64,000 nucleotides of DNA from Paenalcaligenes sp. (GTDB lineage: Bacteria > Pseudomonadota > Gammaproteobacteria > Burkholderiales > Burkholderiaceae_B): positions 24,364 to 88,363 of the forward strand of contig JBQELO010000009.1 of NCBI GenBank assembly GCA_052103955.1. Direction: 5' to 3'. The translations under genes were made by a program, and so were the position numbers. Numbering within the stretch: the first letter of the stretch is position 1; each line of letters starts with the position of its first letter. The notes below the pieces were generated by a model. That model had not been told where the DNA came from and did not search any database. It saw only the letters and a program-made list of their open reading frames with translations. Shown here one piece after another: positions 27,269 to 38,158 of the stretch.

Positions 27269-28378
27269 ATGAAGGTGGAGAGTCTACAACCAATCTATTT
27301 TGATCAGCCCAATGCGCATTCGGGAACCATTCATTTAGCCACCGCGTGGGCAAATGTGCCTGAACCGGTGGCGGATGGTGAAATCGAGTCCTACAAAGCG
27401 GCTATACGTGAGCAGTTGCAGAAACAAGATGCCACCTTGGTTGCGCACTACTACGTAGACCCTGTTATTCAGGACTTGGCTGAAGAAACGGGTGGCTGTG
27501 TCGCAGACTCCTTAGAAATGGCCAGGTTTGGCAGGGATTGCGATAGCTCCACCCTACTCGTCGCAGGGGTACGATTTATGGGGGAAAGTGCCAAGATTCT
27601 TAGCCCTGAAAAACGTGTGCTTATGGCAGACATGGAGGCTACCTGCTCTCTAGATTTAGGCTGTGACATAGCTGCTTTTGAGGCATTTTGTGATCAATAC
27701 CCTGATCGTGAAGTGGTAGTCTATGCCAACACCAGTGCAGCGGTTAAAGCCAGAGCTGACTGGGTAGTGACGTCTGCCGTAGGCCAAGAAATTGTGATGT
27801 ACTTGCACCAGCAAGGCAAAAAAATTCTGTGGGCTCCCGATAGACATTTAGGTGCCTACATACAGCACACTACTGGCGCCGATATGGTGTTGTGGCAAGG
27901 CTCATGTTTGGTGCACGATGAGTTTCAAGCTGACGAGCTACTGGTCATGAAAAAGCGTTATCCCGAAGCCTGTGTCTTAGCACACCCTGAAGCGCCTGCC
28001 AATGTGTTGGCGCACGCTGATTTTATAGGCTCTACATCGCAAATATTGACGGCCGCAGCACGGTTCCCGCACGACATGTTTATTGTGGCGACAGACCAGC
28101 GTTTGCAGCATAAACTTAAGCAACAATTACCCCATAAACGGTTTATGCCTGCCCCCACTGCTGGTGTAGGCGCTACCTGCAAAAGTTGCGCTTTTTGCCC
28201 ATGGATGAGCCTAAATAGTTTACCTGCCCTACTGAACAGCTTGCGTGGAAACACGTCAGAGATTCAGGTGGATGACGCTATACGTATAGCGGCACATAGG
28301 GGGTTGCAGCGCATGCTGGATTTTTCAGCAAATACGTTATTGCGAGCACAGTTACGGGAGCAACTGCAGCCAGCATAA
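27269..28378 (+). CDS. nadA: quinolinate synthase
   Basis: NadA-type three-repeat pattern with conserved Cys residues ([24 protein letters not shown]). Confidence 0.85.
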   Translation: MKVESLQPIYFDQPNAHSGTIHLATAWANVPEPVADGEIESYKAAIREQLQKQDATLVAHYYVDPVIQDLAEETGGCVADSLEMARFGRDCDSSTLLVAGVRFMGESAKILSPEKRVLMADMEATCSLDLGCDIAAFEAFCDQYPDREVVVYANTSAAVKARADWVVTSAVGQEIVMYLHQQGKKILWAPDRHLGAYIQHTTGADMVLWQGSCLVHDEFQADELLVMKKRYPEACVLAHPEAPANVLAHADFIGSTSQILTAAARFPHDMFIVATDQRLQHKLKQQLPHKRFMPAPTAGVGATCKSCAFCPWMSLNSLPALLNSLRGNTSEIQVDDAIRIAAHRGLQRMLDFSANTLLRAQLREQLQPA

Positions 28379-28381
28379 GCT

Positions 28382-28720
28382 TTACTCTGCAGGGGCGCCA
28401 GATAGAATCCAGTTCACAATAGCCTCTATATCAGCATCACTGACTTTGTTATTGGGGGGCATAGCAACTGGCCCCCAAACTCCTTGGCTCCCACTACGTA
28501 TATGAGTTTTAAGCAGGTCGGCACGTTCAGCGCTAGCTGGGGCTGCGTCGTAAATGCTTTGAAATGAAGGCCCTAAAAGTTTTTTATCAACGCGGTGGCA
28601 GGCTAAACACGTGTTTTGCTTCAACGTGTCTAGCACGTCTTGTGTAGAGGGTTGCGCAATTACTGCTTGCGCAGGGGTAAGGATCAAACAAATGGCAATA
28701 AAGCTGCATCGTGGTGTCAT
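28382..28720 (-). CDS. class I monoheme cytochrome c (c551/c552-like)
   Basis: Signal peptide, a single CLACH motif and a distal MPPN Met-ligand motif. Confidence 0.8.
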   Translation of the reverse strand: MTPRCSFIAICLILTPAQAVIAQPSTQDVLDTLKQNTCLACHRVDKKLLGPSFQSIYDAAPASAERADLLKTHIRSGSQGVWGPVAMPPNNKVSDADIEAIVNWILSGAPAE

Positions 28721-28779
28721 TATGCAGGTGCTCTCACATTACAATAGTCATTATGTTCCCCCAACACTGAGGATATGTT

Positions 28780-29205
28780 ATGCGCAAAATTTTAGTACCA
28801 GTTGATGGTTCCGACGCGTCCAGCCGTGCGGTGCAAATGGCAATTTCGATCCTGAAATCTATTCCCGATGGTGAGCTGCACATAGTGACTGTGCAAGCGC
28901 CCATCGTGTCGCGCAATGTATCGCGTTTTTTTGCGCCTGAAGTACTGAACGAATATTATCAGGATGAAGGTAACGCTGCATTAGCACCGGCAGTAGAACT
29001 GGCTACACAATCTGGCGTTAAATTTCAGCACAGTGTGCTCACAGGTTCGGTTGCGGAAACCATTGAAGAGTACGTGCAACTACATCATTGTGATCACATC
29101 ATGATGGGTAGCCGTGGTTTGGGGGCTGTACCTGGTTTGATCTTGGGGTCTGTAACCACCAAAGTACTAAGCTTAGTTAGCGTACCTGTAACGCTGATCA
29201 AATAA
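28780..29205 (+). CDS. universal stress protein (UspA family)
   Basis: KILVPVDGS at the N-terminus and MGSRGLG...GSV at the C-terminus. Confidence 0.85.
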   Translation: MRKILVPVDGSDASSRAVQMAISILKSIPDGELHIVTVQAPIVSRNVSRFFAPEVLNEYYQDEGNAALAPAVELATQSGVKFQHSVLTGSVAETIEEYVQLHHCDHIMMGSRGLGAVPGLILGSVTTKVLSLVSVPVTLIK

Positions 29206-29249
29206 AATAGCGGGCAAGCAACTTACGCTGCTCGCCCGCTGCTATAGCG

Positions 29250-30650
29250 TTATAGCGATGGTTTGGTCATGGCCAATGGGTCAATCCAACTATCGTATTG
29301 CGCTTCTGTCACAAAGCCTGATTCAAGCGCTGCTTCTTTCAGGCTTTGTCCTTTCTTGTGAGCCGTTTTAGCAATGGTGGCTGCTTTGTCGTAGCCAATA
29401 TGCTTGTTCAAGGCGGTTACCAACATCAGGTTTTTATCCAGATTTTCACGAATACGCTCTTCGTGCGGTGTAATGCCTACTGCACAATGTTCGTCAAAGG
29501 ACAAACACGCATCGCTGACCAAGGCAATACTTTCCATCACGTTATGTACCATGACGGGTTTGTAGACGTTTAACTGGAAATTACCTTGCGAACCGGCAAA
29601 GGCGACGGCAGCATCGTTACCAAACACCTGCACACATACCATGGTCATGGCTTCACACTGTGTGGGGTTTACTTTACCGGGCATAATGGAAGAGCCTGGC
29701 TCGTTTTCTGGGATTTGGATCTCGCCAATACCGCAACGAGGGCCGCTGGCCAACCAACGCACGTCGTTAGCAATTTTCATCAAAGCACCCGCTAAGGTAC
29801 GCAGCGAGGCCGACATGTTAACCAAGGCATCGTGCGCAGACAGTGCAAAGAATTTATTTTCAGCACTACGGAATGGCAAACCGGTGAGCTCTGCTAGATG
29901 ACGTGCAACGGTGTCGCCAAATTTAGGGTGTGCATTTAGCCCAGTACCTACCGCGGTACCGCCAATAGCTAAATCATAAATACCCGGCAGTTGTGCTTCT
30001 ACGTGTTCTAGGGCGAAGTCCAATTGTGCCGCCCAGCTACCAATTTCCTGACCCAAGGTAACTGGCGTTGCATCTTGCAAGTGAGTACGGCCTGTTTTTA
30101 CCAGCGTTTCGTAGCGTGACGACAGGGTTTTAAAGGTGTCACGCAGTTGTGCAACGCTAGGCAACAAGCGATGTTTTACTTGCAACGCCACGGCTATATG
30201 CATAGCTGTAGGGAAGGTGTCGTTAGACGACTGCCCACGATTCACGTGATCATTAGGGTGGATGGGGCTTTTGCTACCAATAACACCGCCTACCAGCTCA
30301 ATGGCTTTGTTGGCAATGACTTCGTTGGCGTTCATGTTGCTTTGTGTACCAGAACCAGTCTGGAACACTACCAGTGGGAACTCCGCATCCAATTTATTTT
30401 CTACTACCAACTGTGCGGCCGCCACAATGGGGTCAGCTACGTTGGCAGGCAATTCGCCTAGCTCTTTGTTGGCCATGGCAGCAGCTTTTTTCAGGTAGCC
30501 CAATGCCTGAATCATGGGTGCTTGCCAGACGAAACGCTCTACCCCAATAGGGAAATTGATAATAGAGCGCTGTGTTTGTGCGCCCCAGTAGTGTTTAGCC
30601 GGGACAGCAATGTCGCCCATCGAATCTTGTTCTATACGTGTATCAGACAT
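29250..30650 (-). CDS. fumC: class II fumarate hydratase
   Basis: [16 protein letters not shown] signature. Length is 466 aa. Confidence 0.95.
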   Translation of the reverse strand: MSDTRIEQDSMGDIAVPAKHYWGAQTQRSIINFPIGVERFVWQAPMIQALGYLKKAAAMANKELGELPANVADPIVAAAQLVVENKLDAEFPLVVFQTGSGTQSNMNANEVIANKAIELVGGVIGSKSPIHPNDHVNRGQSSNDTFPTAMHIAVALQVKHRLLPSVAQLRDTFKTLSSRYETLVKTGRTHLQDATPVTLGQEIGSWAAQLDFALEHVEAQLPGIYDLAIGGTAVGTGLNAHPKFGDTVARHLAELTGLPFRSAENKFFALSAHDALVNMSASLRTLAGALMKIANDVRWLASGPRCGIGEIQIPENEPGSSIMPGKVNPTQCEAMTMVCVQVFGNDAAVAFAGSQGNFQLNVYKPVMVHNVMESIALVSDACLSFDEHCAVGITPHEERIRENLDKNLMLVTALNKHIGYDKAATIAKTAHKKGQSLKEAALESGFVTEAQYDSWIDPLAMTKPSL

Positions 30651-30672
30651 GCTTTGCTCCTACAGAGAAAAA

Positions 30673-31740
30673 TTATTTAGTACAGGCTAACGCATTGGCT
30701 TCTGCCAAGCGTTGCACCCAAACTTGTGCAATATCTACCAATCTATTGGCAAAGCCCCACTCGTTGTCAAACCAGACAAAAAGGTTGGCAAAGCCTTCAT
30801 CATTAGTACGTGTTTGACTACCGTCCACGATGACGGAATGCGGGTCGTGGTTGAAATCCACGGAAGCATGCGGCTGATTCGTGAATGCAATGGTAGTACA
30901 GGATTTTGTCGCGGCGTCTTTAAACAACTGGTTAATCGCCTCTGGCTTAGTACTGGTACGTAAATTAACCATCAAATCAATAGCGGATACGTTCAAAATA
31001 GGTACACGTATGGCTTTAGCTTGTACTTTACCCTGCAATTGTGGCAATAAACGCTCTACCCCTTGTGCCAAACCCGTGGCTACCGGCACGATAGACTGCA
31101 TGGCGGAACGGGTACGGCGTAAATCTTTATGATGATAGCCATCAATCATGGGCTGATCATTCATGACCGAGTGCAAGGTGGTTAGAAAACAGTGTTCTAT
31201 ACCGAAAGCTTTATCCAGTACTGCCAGCACGGGAATAATCGCATTGGTAGTACACGACGCATTGGAGACAATACGGTGCTCTGCCGCTAAGCCATCATCA
31301 TTAATATCTAACACAGCGGTGTAATCTACATCAGCCGCCCCATCAGCAGGGTGTGAGACTAAGACTCTGGGGCAACCGCTATCAATAAAGCGTTGCAACT
31401 GTTCGCGCTTGCCGTATACGCCTGAACATTCGATAACTAAGTCTAGGTTTAGGCTTTTCCACTCTACATCTTCAGGGTTTTGAGCATGTGTGACGGCAAT
31501 ACGATTACCATCAATCATTAATGATTGCTCATCATGACTGATGTTAGCAGCAGGAAACGGCCCATGTGTGGAGTCAAACCGCGTCAAATAAGCCATGCTT
31601 TCCATATCTGCTGGCTCATTGATGGCGACCACCTGCAAAACGTGTTGCAGCTTACGTTCATAAATAGCACGTAAAACACATCGCCCGATGCGACCGTATC
31701 CATTGATTGCTATGCGTGTCACAGGCGTTTCCATGCCCAT
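30673..31740 (-). CDS. epd: erythrose-4-phosphate dehydrogenase-like GAPDH homologue
   Basis: INGYGRIGR and SNASCTTN are present. The Epd-specific strings SVDFNHDPHSVIVDGSQTR and DNEWGFANR match remembered E. coli Epd rather than GapA. Confidence 0.7.
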   Translation of the reverse strand: MGMETPVTRIAINGYGRIGRCVLRAIYERKLQHVLQVVAINEPADMESMAYLTRFDSTHGPFPAANISHDEQSLMIDGNRIAVTHAQNPEDVEWKSLNLDLVIECSGVYGKREQLQRFIDSGCPRVLVSHPADGAADVDYTAVLDINDDGLAAEHRIVSNASCTTNAIIPVLAVLDKAFGIEHCFLTTLHSVMNDQPMIDGYHHKDLRRTRSAMQSIVPVATGLAQGVERLLPQLQGKVQAKAIRVPILNVSAIDLMVNLRTSTKPEAINQLFKDAATKSCTTIAFTNQPHASVDFNHDPHSVIVDGSQTRTNDEGFANLFVWFDNEWGFANRLVDIAQVWVQRLAEANALACTK

Positions 31741-31746
31741 CCTTGA

Positions 31747-32520
31747 TCAAAAAGTAATAGAAAAACCACCATCCACCACAATGATGTGGCCATTCACATA
31801 ACTGGCAGAGGTTGATGCTAAAAATACTGCAGCTGGCGTGATTTCAGCAGGTTGAGCCCACCGTGCAAGTGGGTTTCTACCAATCACATGTACCCCTTTA
31901 ACGGGATCATTTGCCAGAACTTGATTCGATTCGGTCGCGAATGTGCCCGGGGCTATGCCATTGCTGGTTACGCCTTGCGCGCCGAACTCAACCGCCAAGG
32001 AACGCACCATGGCTTCCAAGCCCTGTTTAGCTACAGGATACACCGCATCACCTGCTCTGGCTATGCGGCCTGCAATAGAGCTTAGCGTGATAATTCGCCC
32101 GTAACCTTTGGCGGCCATGCTCATGGCGGCAAGCTTGGACAACACGACTGTAGCCGTTAAATTATCTTGTATATGCTGGGTGATTTCTGTCACGCTTAGC
32201 TCGCTAAGCGGGCGACGCAAACGCGAACCTACTGTATTAACCAAAATATCGGGTTGAACGGGTAATTCAGCGTAAGCGGCTTCCAGCGTACAAAGGTCAG
32301 AAATATCTTGGCACCACACAGAAGCTGAATAGCCATCCGCTTGCAAACGTTGCTGCGCCTGCTGTAAAGGCCCTGCTGTTCTACCATTTAAAATAACGTG
32401 CGCACCAAGCCCTGCATAGGCGGCTGCAATGGCCCAACCTAATCCTTGTGCTGAGCCAGTTACCAACGCTGTTTTGCCGTGCAACTCAAAAGACGGGATA
32501 AAAGATTCTATAGTCTGCAT
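31747..32520 (-). CDS. short-chain dehydrogenase/reductase (gluconate-5-dehydrogenase/KduD-like)
   Basis: TGSAQGLG dinucleotide motif, the YPVAK catalytic Tyr-x-x-x-Lys, and NGIAPG. Confidence 0.85.
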   Translation of the reverse strand: MQTIESFIPSFELHGKTALVTGSAQGLGWAIAAAYAGLGAHVILNGRTAGPLQQAQQRLQADGYSASVWCQDISDLCTLEAAYAELPVQPDILVNTVGSRLRRPLSELSVTEITQHIQDNLTATVVLSKLAAMSMAAKGYGRIITLSSIAGRIARAGDAVYPVAKQGLEAMVRSLAVEFGAQGVTSNGIAPGTFATESNQVLANDPVKGVHVIGRNPLARWAQPAEITPAAVFLASTSASYVNGHIIVVDGGFSITF

Positions 32521-32526
32521 TACAGC

Positions 32527-33498
32527 TTACACCGTGACCAAATTCCTAGCATTACCTGCAACAAAAGCCTCAACATTGCCGACGACTTGATCAGCCAAAG
32601 CTTGCACAGCCTCTTGACTCGCCCAGGCTACATGAGGGGTAAAGATGAAATTAGGCAGATCCATTAAACTAAACAGCACGTTATCGTCGCGTGGTGGCTC
32701 GGGAGTCGTCACATCTACACCTGCACCACTAATTTGACCGCTGCGCAGCGCATCAGCTAAGTCTGCTTCGCAAATTAACCCACCTCTTGCGGTATTAATC
32801 ACCAAAGGATGTTTATCCATCATGGAAAACTCTTTAGCCGTCAGTAAATTGGTGGTTTCGGGGGTTAATGGGCAATGCAAACTAATAATGTCTGAGCTGC
32901 GCAGCATGGTTTCAAAGCTAACTTTGCCCTCACCTGCCTCACTACTGCCCTTACGAGCAGCAAATTGCACTTTCATCCCTAGACCTTGAGCGAGCTTGGC
33001 TACAGATTGACCTAATGCACCAGCGCCCACGATACCTAATGTGCTGCCCGCTAAGTCGCGTATAGGGTAATCAAAATAGCAAAATTGCTGTGCCTCTTGC
33101 CAGCGACCACGAGCTACAGACTGGTGGTAGGCAAATATACTGCGTCGTAACGCAAAAATAAGTGCCAACGTATGCTCTGGCACGGTGTGTTCAGCGTAAT
33201 TGCGTACATTACAGACGGCAATACCACGGGTTTTACAGGCATGTAAATCAACGTTGTTATACCCTGTAGCCGCGACCGCAATTAAGCGTAGTGTTGGTGC
33301 AGCCGCAATTACAGCAGCGCTAACCACTGCTTTGTTGCTGATGATGATGTCGGCTGTTTTACAGCGCTCTATGGCTTCGGCTTCAGTGCTTTTCGCGTAG
33401 CAAACCAGTTCATGAGGAAAAGAAAACGCCTGCAATTTCGTATGCGGGCCTAGTGTTTCACTATCGAGAAAAACAATGCGTAGAGGCTGATTTAACAT
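32527..33498 (-). CDS. D-isomer-specific 2-hydroxyacid dehydrogenase (glycerate dehydrogenase/hydroxypyruvate reductase-like)
   Basis: GIVGAGALGQ NAD motif, NTARGG, and the catalytic TPHVAW region. Confidence 0.85.
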   Translation of the reverse strand: MLNQPLRIVFLDSETLGPHTKLQAFSFPHELVCYAKSTEAEAIERCKTADIIISNKAVVSAAVIAAAPTLRLIAVAATGYNNVDLHACKTRGIAVCNVRNYAEHTVPEHTLALIFALRRSIFAYHQSVARGRWQEAQQFCYFDYPIRDLAGSTLGIVGAGALGQSVAKLAQGLGMKVQFAARKGSSEAGEGKVSFETMLRSSDIISLHCPLTPETTNLLTAKEFSMMDKHPLVINTARGGLICEADLADALRSGQISGAGVDVTTPEPPRDDNVLFSLMDLPNFIFTPHVAWASQEAVQALADQVVGNVEAFVAGNARNLVTV

Positions 33499-33670
33499 AT
33501 GACACTCAAGGTAAGATCAAACATGGCACATGACGCGAATGACTGCGCGTATCATAGTCATCTAGTCTACCGTAGTAATGTGTGACACTGCAGTTCCCTG
33601 TATTAAAAACGGGGTTATTGCATGCTATAAAAGGTCTAGGATTTTTCGTTTTTCTTGTGAAGGAGCTCTT

Positions 33671-34279
33671 ATGAAACTGTATTACATGGCTGGTTCTTGT
33701 GCTTTGGTCTCGCATATCGTGCTGGAGTGGATTGGTAAACCTTTCCAAACTCAAGCAGTTAGCCGCAAAGAGCTTAAAGAGCCTGCTTTCCTAGCACTTA
33801 ACCCATTGGGTTCAGTTCCTGCATTTATGGATGGCGATATGCTACTGACCCAAAGCGTCGCTATTTTGGAATATTTGGCTGAAAGTGCGCCAGAAAAAAA
33901 TTTGCTAGGCACTACAGCACAACAACGTGCTGAAACCCGTCGTGCTTTGTCATTTTTGAACTCAGACGTACATAAAAACTTTGGCGTGATGTTTGGTATC
34001 CAAGGCTATACGCAAAACGAAGCAGCACAGCAAGAAGTGAAAGAAAACACAGCCAAACGACTACGTGGCTATTTTGAGCTGCTAGATAAACAATTAGAGG
34101 GTAAAGATTGGCTCACCGGCACACGCTCTATTGCTGATCCTTACTTGTACGTAGTCATGCGTTGGGCCCCACTGCAAAAAGTTGACCTTAGTGATCTGTC
34201 TAATTTGCAGCGTTTCTTTAAAAACATGGAAGCAGATGCCGGCGTACAAGCAGCACTAAAAGGTGAAGGTCTAGCCTAA
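33671..34279 (+). CDS. beta-class glutathione S-transferase (GstA-like)
   Basis: Start trimmed to MKLYYMAGSCALVSHIVLE, with an AAGGAG RBS upstream. The overall pattern matches remembered E. coli GstA. Confidence 0.85.
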   Translation: MKLYYMAGSCALVSHIVLEWIGKPFQTQAVSRKELKEPAFLALNPLGSVPAFMDGDMLLTQSVAILEYLAESAPEKNLLGTTAQQRAETRRALSFLNSDVHKNFGVMFGIQGYTQNEAAQQEVKENTAKRLRGYFELLDKQLEGKDWLTGTRSIADPYLYVVMRWAPLQKVDLSDLSNLQRFFKNMEADAGVQAALKGEGLA

Positions 34280-34280
34280 G

Positions 34281-35339
34281 CTAGCAGTTGTGGCTTTTAA
34301 AATAACGCCACTCGGCGGCCAGTCTGGAACTTCCGGCGGCCGCCGCCACAAAGCCCATGTGGCTATCCAAATCAGAAAGGCTTGCGCCCTCTTCTATCAT
34401 CAGACCACCATAACTATTACGTAATTTCTGTGCTGTTAAGCCTGAGAAGCCGTGTTCATTACCCCAGCCGGCAACGATTCTAGCCAAGGTGGCTGGATTC
34501 ATCGTTTCTTTTGAGCGAAATTCAGAAGGGACTCGGTTAGAAGGAAATAGTAGTTGATGGCCCGTGGCGTGTACTAGTCGCTGCTTCCAACTCAACACTA
34601 CAGGTAGTGCCCATTCAGGCAAGGTTAGTACACGGTGTTTACCGCCATAATCTTGAATATAAGCATGAATAGTGGAGTCCTGGGGATCACTACGGTTCAG
34701 CGCTAGCTGTTCTTGCAAGGTAAAGCTGATAAAACAGCCCGTATCCAAACAGTATTCACCATCTTCATTGTTATGCAGCGAATCAATACGTAAAGAAAGC
34801 ACCTCTAAGGCTTTAAGCCCGCAACCCAATAACAAAGCAATTACGGCGGCATTTCTATGTGCTTTCCATAGCGCAGCAGCGGTGAGGCTATGATGCTCTA
34901 ACGCTAGCCTTTGTTGCTCTGCTTCTAACATTCCTATGATTTCATGGCATTGTTCTGGCGATAGAAACTGTTTACTTTGATTACTGCTGGAGTCACGCCA
35001 GGATGTAGCGTGCATATCCTGCAATTGTTGCGATGCGGTGGGATTAATCAGTGCGGGTATTTGAGCTTGCAATGCTTCATACGCACGTAATATCACCAAC
35101 TGATAGCGCTCGCGTTGTTGCCTATTGGTATCTTCTAAACTGCTAAGAAACTTAGCAATATGTACTTCGTTCACAGTACTGATATTAAGTCGCTGTGTAG
35201 GTAGCCATTCTAAAAACCTGCGCCACAATACTTGGTATATGCGTTTGCTGGACAATCTAAACGGTGGGTGTTGGCTATCCATCCATTTTTCAAACAGGAT
35301 AATGGCCTCTTTCTGTCGTAATGATTTGGATTGTTCCAT
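34281..35339 (-). CDS. tyrosine-recombinase-fold protein with degenerate catalytic residues
   Basis: Has a SAM-like N-domain (SKRIYQVLWRRFLEWL, IAKFLSSL). The catalytic-domain positions read GCGLKALEV, GGKHRVLTLP, AQKLRNSYG and HMGF where Arg, Lys, H-x-x-R-H and LGH are expected. ATG 35339 is preferred (AAGAGG RBS 6 nt upstream). Confidence 0.6.
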   Translation of the reverse strand: MEQSKSLRQKEAIILFEKWMDSQHPPFRLSSKRIYQVLWRRFLEWLPTQRLNISTVNEVHIAKFLSSLEDTNRQQRERYQLVILRAYEALQAQIPALINPTASQQLQDMHATSWRDSSSNQSKQFLSPEQCHEIIGMLEAEQQRLALEHHSLTAAALWKAHRNAAVIALLLGCGLKALEVLSLRIDSLHNNEDGEYCLDTGCFISFTLQEQLALNRSDPQDSTIHAYIQDYGGKHRVLTLPEWALPVVLSWKQRLVHATGHQLLFPSNRVPSEFRSKETMNPATLARIVAGWGNEHGFSGLTAQKLRNSYGGLMIEEGASLSDLDSHMGFVAAAAGSSRLAAEWRYFKSHNC

Positions 35340-35410
35340 CTGCACCCTCTTTGTTGGAAACTTTAGCTTAACTTAAAATTTTTATCTTCCGTTAGTTGCA
35401 TTAATTATAA

Positions 35411-35450
35411 CTAAAGAAGCCGGTGTTGCACCGGCATTCTTTTTGTTTCT
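35411..35450. terminator. hairpin terminator downstream of livF
   Basis: GCCGGTG-TTG-CACCGGC (35419-35435), flanked by CTAAAGAA and ATTCTTTTTGTTTCTTTT. Confidence 0.65.
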
Positions 35451-35458
35451 TTTATTGC

Positions 35459-36160
35459 TTACACACCTAGATAGGCTTTACGTACATCAGGGTTGGCCAA
35501 CAGATTAGCACCGGTATCTTGCATTACTACCTTGCCTGTTTCGATTACGTAGCCTCTATCAGCCACCTGCAAGGCCTTATTCGCATTCTGCTCTACCAGG
35601 AAGACCGTAACACCCTCCTCTCTAATAGTACGAATAATATCGAAGATTTGCGCAATGATCAGCGGTGCTAAACCTAGCGTAGGCTCGTCTAGCAGCAATA
35701 GCCTAGGTTTACTCATTAGCGCACGACCAATCGCCAGCATCTGCTGCTCACCACCTGACATCGTCCCTGCACGCTGTACTGACCGCTCACGCAGTCGAGG
35801 GAAAAGCTCGTACACATGCTCCTCCCCTTCTGCTATTTGCGATTTACTTAAAAAGAAACCACCCATTTTTAAGTTTTCAGACACGGTTAGGTCCGGGAAA
35901 ACGCGACGCCCTTCTGGCGATATAGCAATACCACGTTGCATGATTTCATGCGTAGGAAGATTGCTAATGTCTTCGCCTTCAAAGGTAATACGACCACTTT
36001 TAGCACGTGGAGAACCACATACTGTCATTAGCGTAGTGGTTTTACCTGCACCGTTCGCACCAATTAAGGTGACGATTTCCCCTTTGTTTACGTCTAGTGT
36101 GACGTCATCCAGAGCCTGAATAGCACCGTAATATGTACTGACATTCTCAAGCTTAAGCAC
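35459..36160 (-). CDS. livF: branched-chain amino acid ABC transporter ATP-binding protein
   Basis: Walker A GANGAGKTT, signature MSGGEQQ, Walker B LLLLDEP, and a LivF-type length. Confidence 0.9.
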   Translation of the reverse strand: MLKLENVSTYYGAIQALDDVTLDVNKGEIVTLIGANGAGKTTTLMTVCGSPRAKSGRITFEGEDISNLPTHEIMQRGIAISPEGRRVFPDLTVSENLKMGGFFLSKSQIAEGEEHVYELFPRLRERSVQRAGTMSGGEQQMLAIGRALMSKPRLLLLDEPTLGLAPLIIAQIFDIIRTIREEGVTVFLVEQNANKALQVADRGYVIETGKVVMQDTGANLLANPDVRKAYLGV

Positions 36161-36161
36161 G

Positions 36162-36935
36162 CTATTCTTCCCCCAGATACGCTTTGATTACACGCGGATC
36201 ATTCTGTACTTCGGTAGGTAGGCCCGAAGCAATAGGTCTACCGTATTCCATTACCATCACGCGATCAGAAATGCCCATTACTAAGCTCATATCGTGCTCA
36301 ATTAACAAGACAGCGACATTATATTTATCGCGCAAATCATTAATCAGCACTTGTAGATCACGCTTTTCTTGGGGGTTTAAGCCCGCAGCAGGTTCGTCCA
36401 GCAGCAAAATACGCGGTTCGGTAATCATGCACCTAGCAATTTCTAAACGGCGTTGTAAGCCGTAGGCTAGGTTGCCCGCTTCGCGGTTGGCAAACTCACG
36501 CAAGTCTAAGTAATCAAGCCAATGGGCCGCACGTTCTAATGCTTTCTCTTCAGAACGTTTGTGCACGGGCAACTTAAACAAGCCACCTAATAAGCCTGTG
36601 TAGATGCGCGTGTGCTGAGCAACCATCAAGTTTTCTAGCACGGTCAGGTTTTTAAATAACCGTACGTTTTGGAAAGTACGCACAATGCCCTTGCGTGCCA
36701 CCATATGGCTAGGCAAGCCTTGGATAGACTCACCGTCTAGGCGGATATTGCCATCACTGGGCTTGTAGAAACCACTGATGCAGTTGAACACCGTAGTTTT
36801 ACCAGCGCCATTCGGGCCAATAATGGCAAAAACCTCTTTAGGCTCTAGATCGAACTTTACGTTATCGACGGCCAGTAGCCCGCCAAAACGCATGCACAAC
36901 CCATCTACTTCCAGTATTTTTTTGGTCTGGGTCAT
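36162..36935 (-). CDS. livG: branched-chain amino acid ABC transporter ATP-binding protein
   Basis: GPNGAGKTT, a [13 protein letters not shown] signature variant, [12 protein letters not shown], and a LivG C-terminal motif. Confidence 0.9.
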   Translation of the reverse strand: MTQTKKILEVDGLCMRFGGLLAVDNVKFDLEPKEVFAIIGPNGAGKTTVFNCISGFYKPSDGNIRLDGESIQGLPSHMVARKGIVRTFQNVRLFKNLTVLENLMVAQHTRIYTGLLGGLFKLPVHKRSEEKALERAAHWLDYLDLREFANREAGNLAYGLQRRLEIARCMITEPRILLLDEPAAGLNPQEKRDLQVLINDLRDKYNVAVLLIEHDMSLVMGISDRVMVMEYGRPIASGLPTEVQNDPRVIKAYLGEE

Positions 36936-38158
36936 GGTTTAAGCTCCACATGCGGGCGTTTTGCTGGCAACAATCCTTGTGGACGCCAAATCATCATCAA
37001 CACCATCACCAACCCAAACACTAACATCCTGTACTCAGCAAATTGACGCGCAAACTCTGGCAATACAGTCAGTAATATCGCTGCCAAAATCACCCCTATC
37101 TGCGATCCCATACCACCCAATACTACGATGGCAAGAATCAGGGCTGATTCAATAAAGGTAAAGGATTCTGGGTTCACAATACCTTGTCTAGCAGCAAAGA
37201 ACGCACCGCCAAAACCTGCGAAAGTTGCACCAATGGTAAAGGCCGAAAGTTTAATGCCTGTAGGGTTCAAACCCAATGAACGGCACGCAATTTCATCTTC
37301 ACGTAGAGCTTCCCATGCCCTACCTATAGGCATGCGTAGCAAACGGTTCGAGACAAAGAAAGTAATCAAGGCAAGCACCAATGCCAAGACATACAAGTAC
37401 GTGGTCATGTCTTGGTTATGAAACGCCCACCCCATCAAATCGTGAAAGGTGGTTTCCCCTTCAGGTGCACGGCGCATCATGGGATAACCAAACACTGTAG
37501 GCTTAGGAATACCCGAAATACCGTCTGGACCACCTGTGAATTCATACAAGTTGATCAGCAGTAAACGGATGATTTCCCCGAACCCTAAGGTCACAATCGC
37601 TAAATAGTCGCCGCGTAGACGTAATACGGGGAATCCCAGCAAGTAGCCAAAAATACCCGCCATAATGCCCGAAAACGGCAATGCCCACCAGAAACCCAGG
37701 CCCAACCAGTGGTACATCAGCGCATAGGTGTAAGCACCCACGGCATAGAAGCCCACAAAACCCAAATCGAGTAGACCGGCATAGCCCACCACGATATTTA
37801 GCCCCAGCGCTAACATCACATAAATCAGCACCAAGGTGGCAATATCAATTTGTGACCTACCGGAGAAAAAAGGCCATATCAGCGCTAAAAGAATTAATGC
37901 ACCAATTAACACTTGGCGAGTGCGATCCCCCATGGGAGGAATCTTAAATGACACTCCTTTTTGGGAAAACTTCCCCGCCAATGCAGGACGCAATAACTGC
38001 ACGATAAAAACAGCCGCCATGCCGTAAAAAATCAGAGGCCATTCTGGTTGAACAGTGGTGTTCATACCGGAACGTAAAATCTGAAAACCAAAGACAGGGG
38101 CAACAATCACGCCAGCAATAAAAGCGGCGAATAATGCGGGTTTAATTCGACTTGCCAT
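36932..38158 (-). CDS. livM: branched-chain amino acid ABC transporter permease
   Basis: Multi-TM protein with a LivM-type pattern. It has 4-nt overlaps with the flanking liv genes. Confidence 0.85.
   Translation of the reverse strand: MASRIKPALFAAFIAGVIVAPVFGFQILRSGMNTTVQPEWPLIFYGMAAVFIVQLLRPALAGKFSQKGVSFKIPPMGDRTRQVLIGALILLALIWPFFSGRSQIDIATLVLIYVMLALGLNIVVGYAGLLDLGFVGFYAVGAYTYALMYHWLGLGFWWALPFSGIMAGIFGYLLGFPVLRLRGDYLAIVTLGFGEIIRLLLINLYEFTGGPDGISGIPKPTVFGYPMMRRAPEGETTFHDLMGWAFHNQDMTTYLYVLALVLALITFFVSNRLLRMPIGRAWEALREDEIACRSLGLNPTGIKLSAFTIGATFAGFGGAFFAARQGIVNPESFTFIESALILAIVVLGGMGSQIGVILAAILLTVLPEFARQFAEYRMLVFGLVMVLMMIWRPQGLLPAKRPHVELKP

Noticed and set aside
29346-30550. Cluster of 68-104-aa plus-strand ORFs
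   Set aside because: All are antisense to fumC, which is unambiguous.
35655-36119. 154-aa plus-strand ORF
   Set aside because: It is antisense to livF. It is Ser/Pro/Arg-rich, as expected for a shadow frame.
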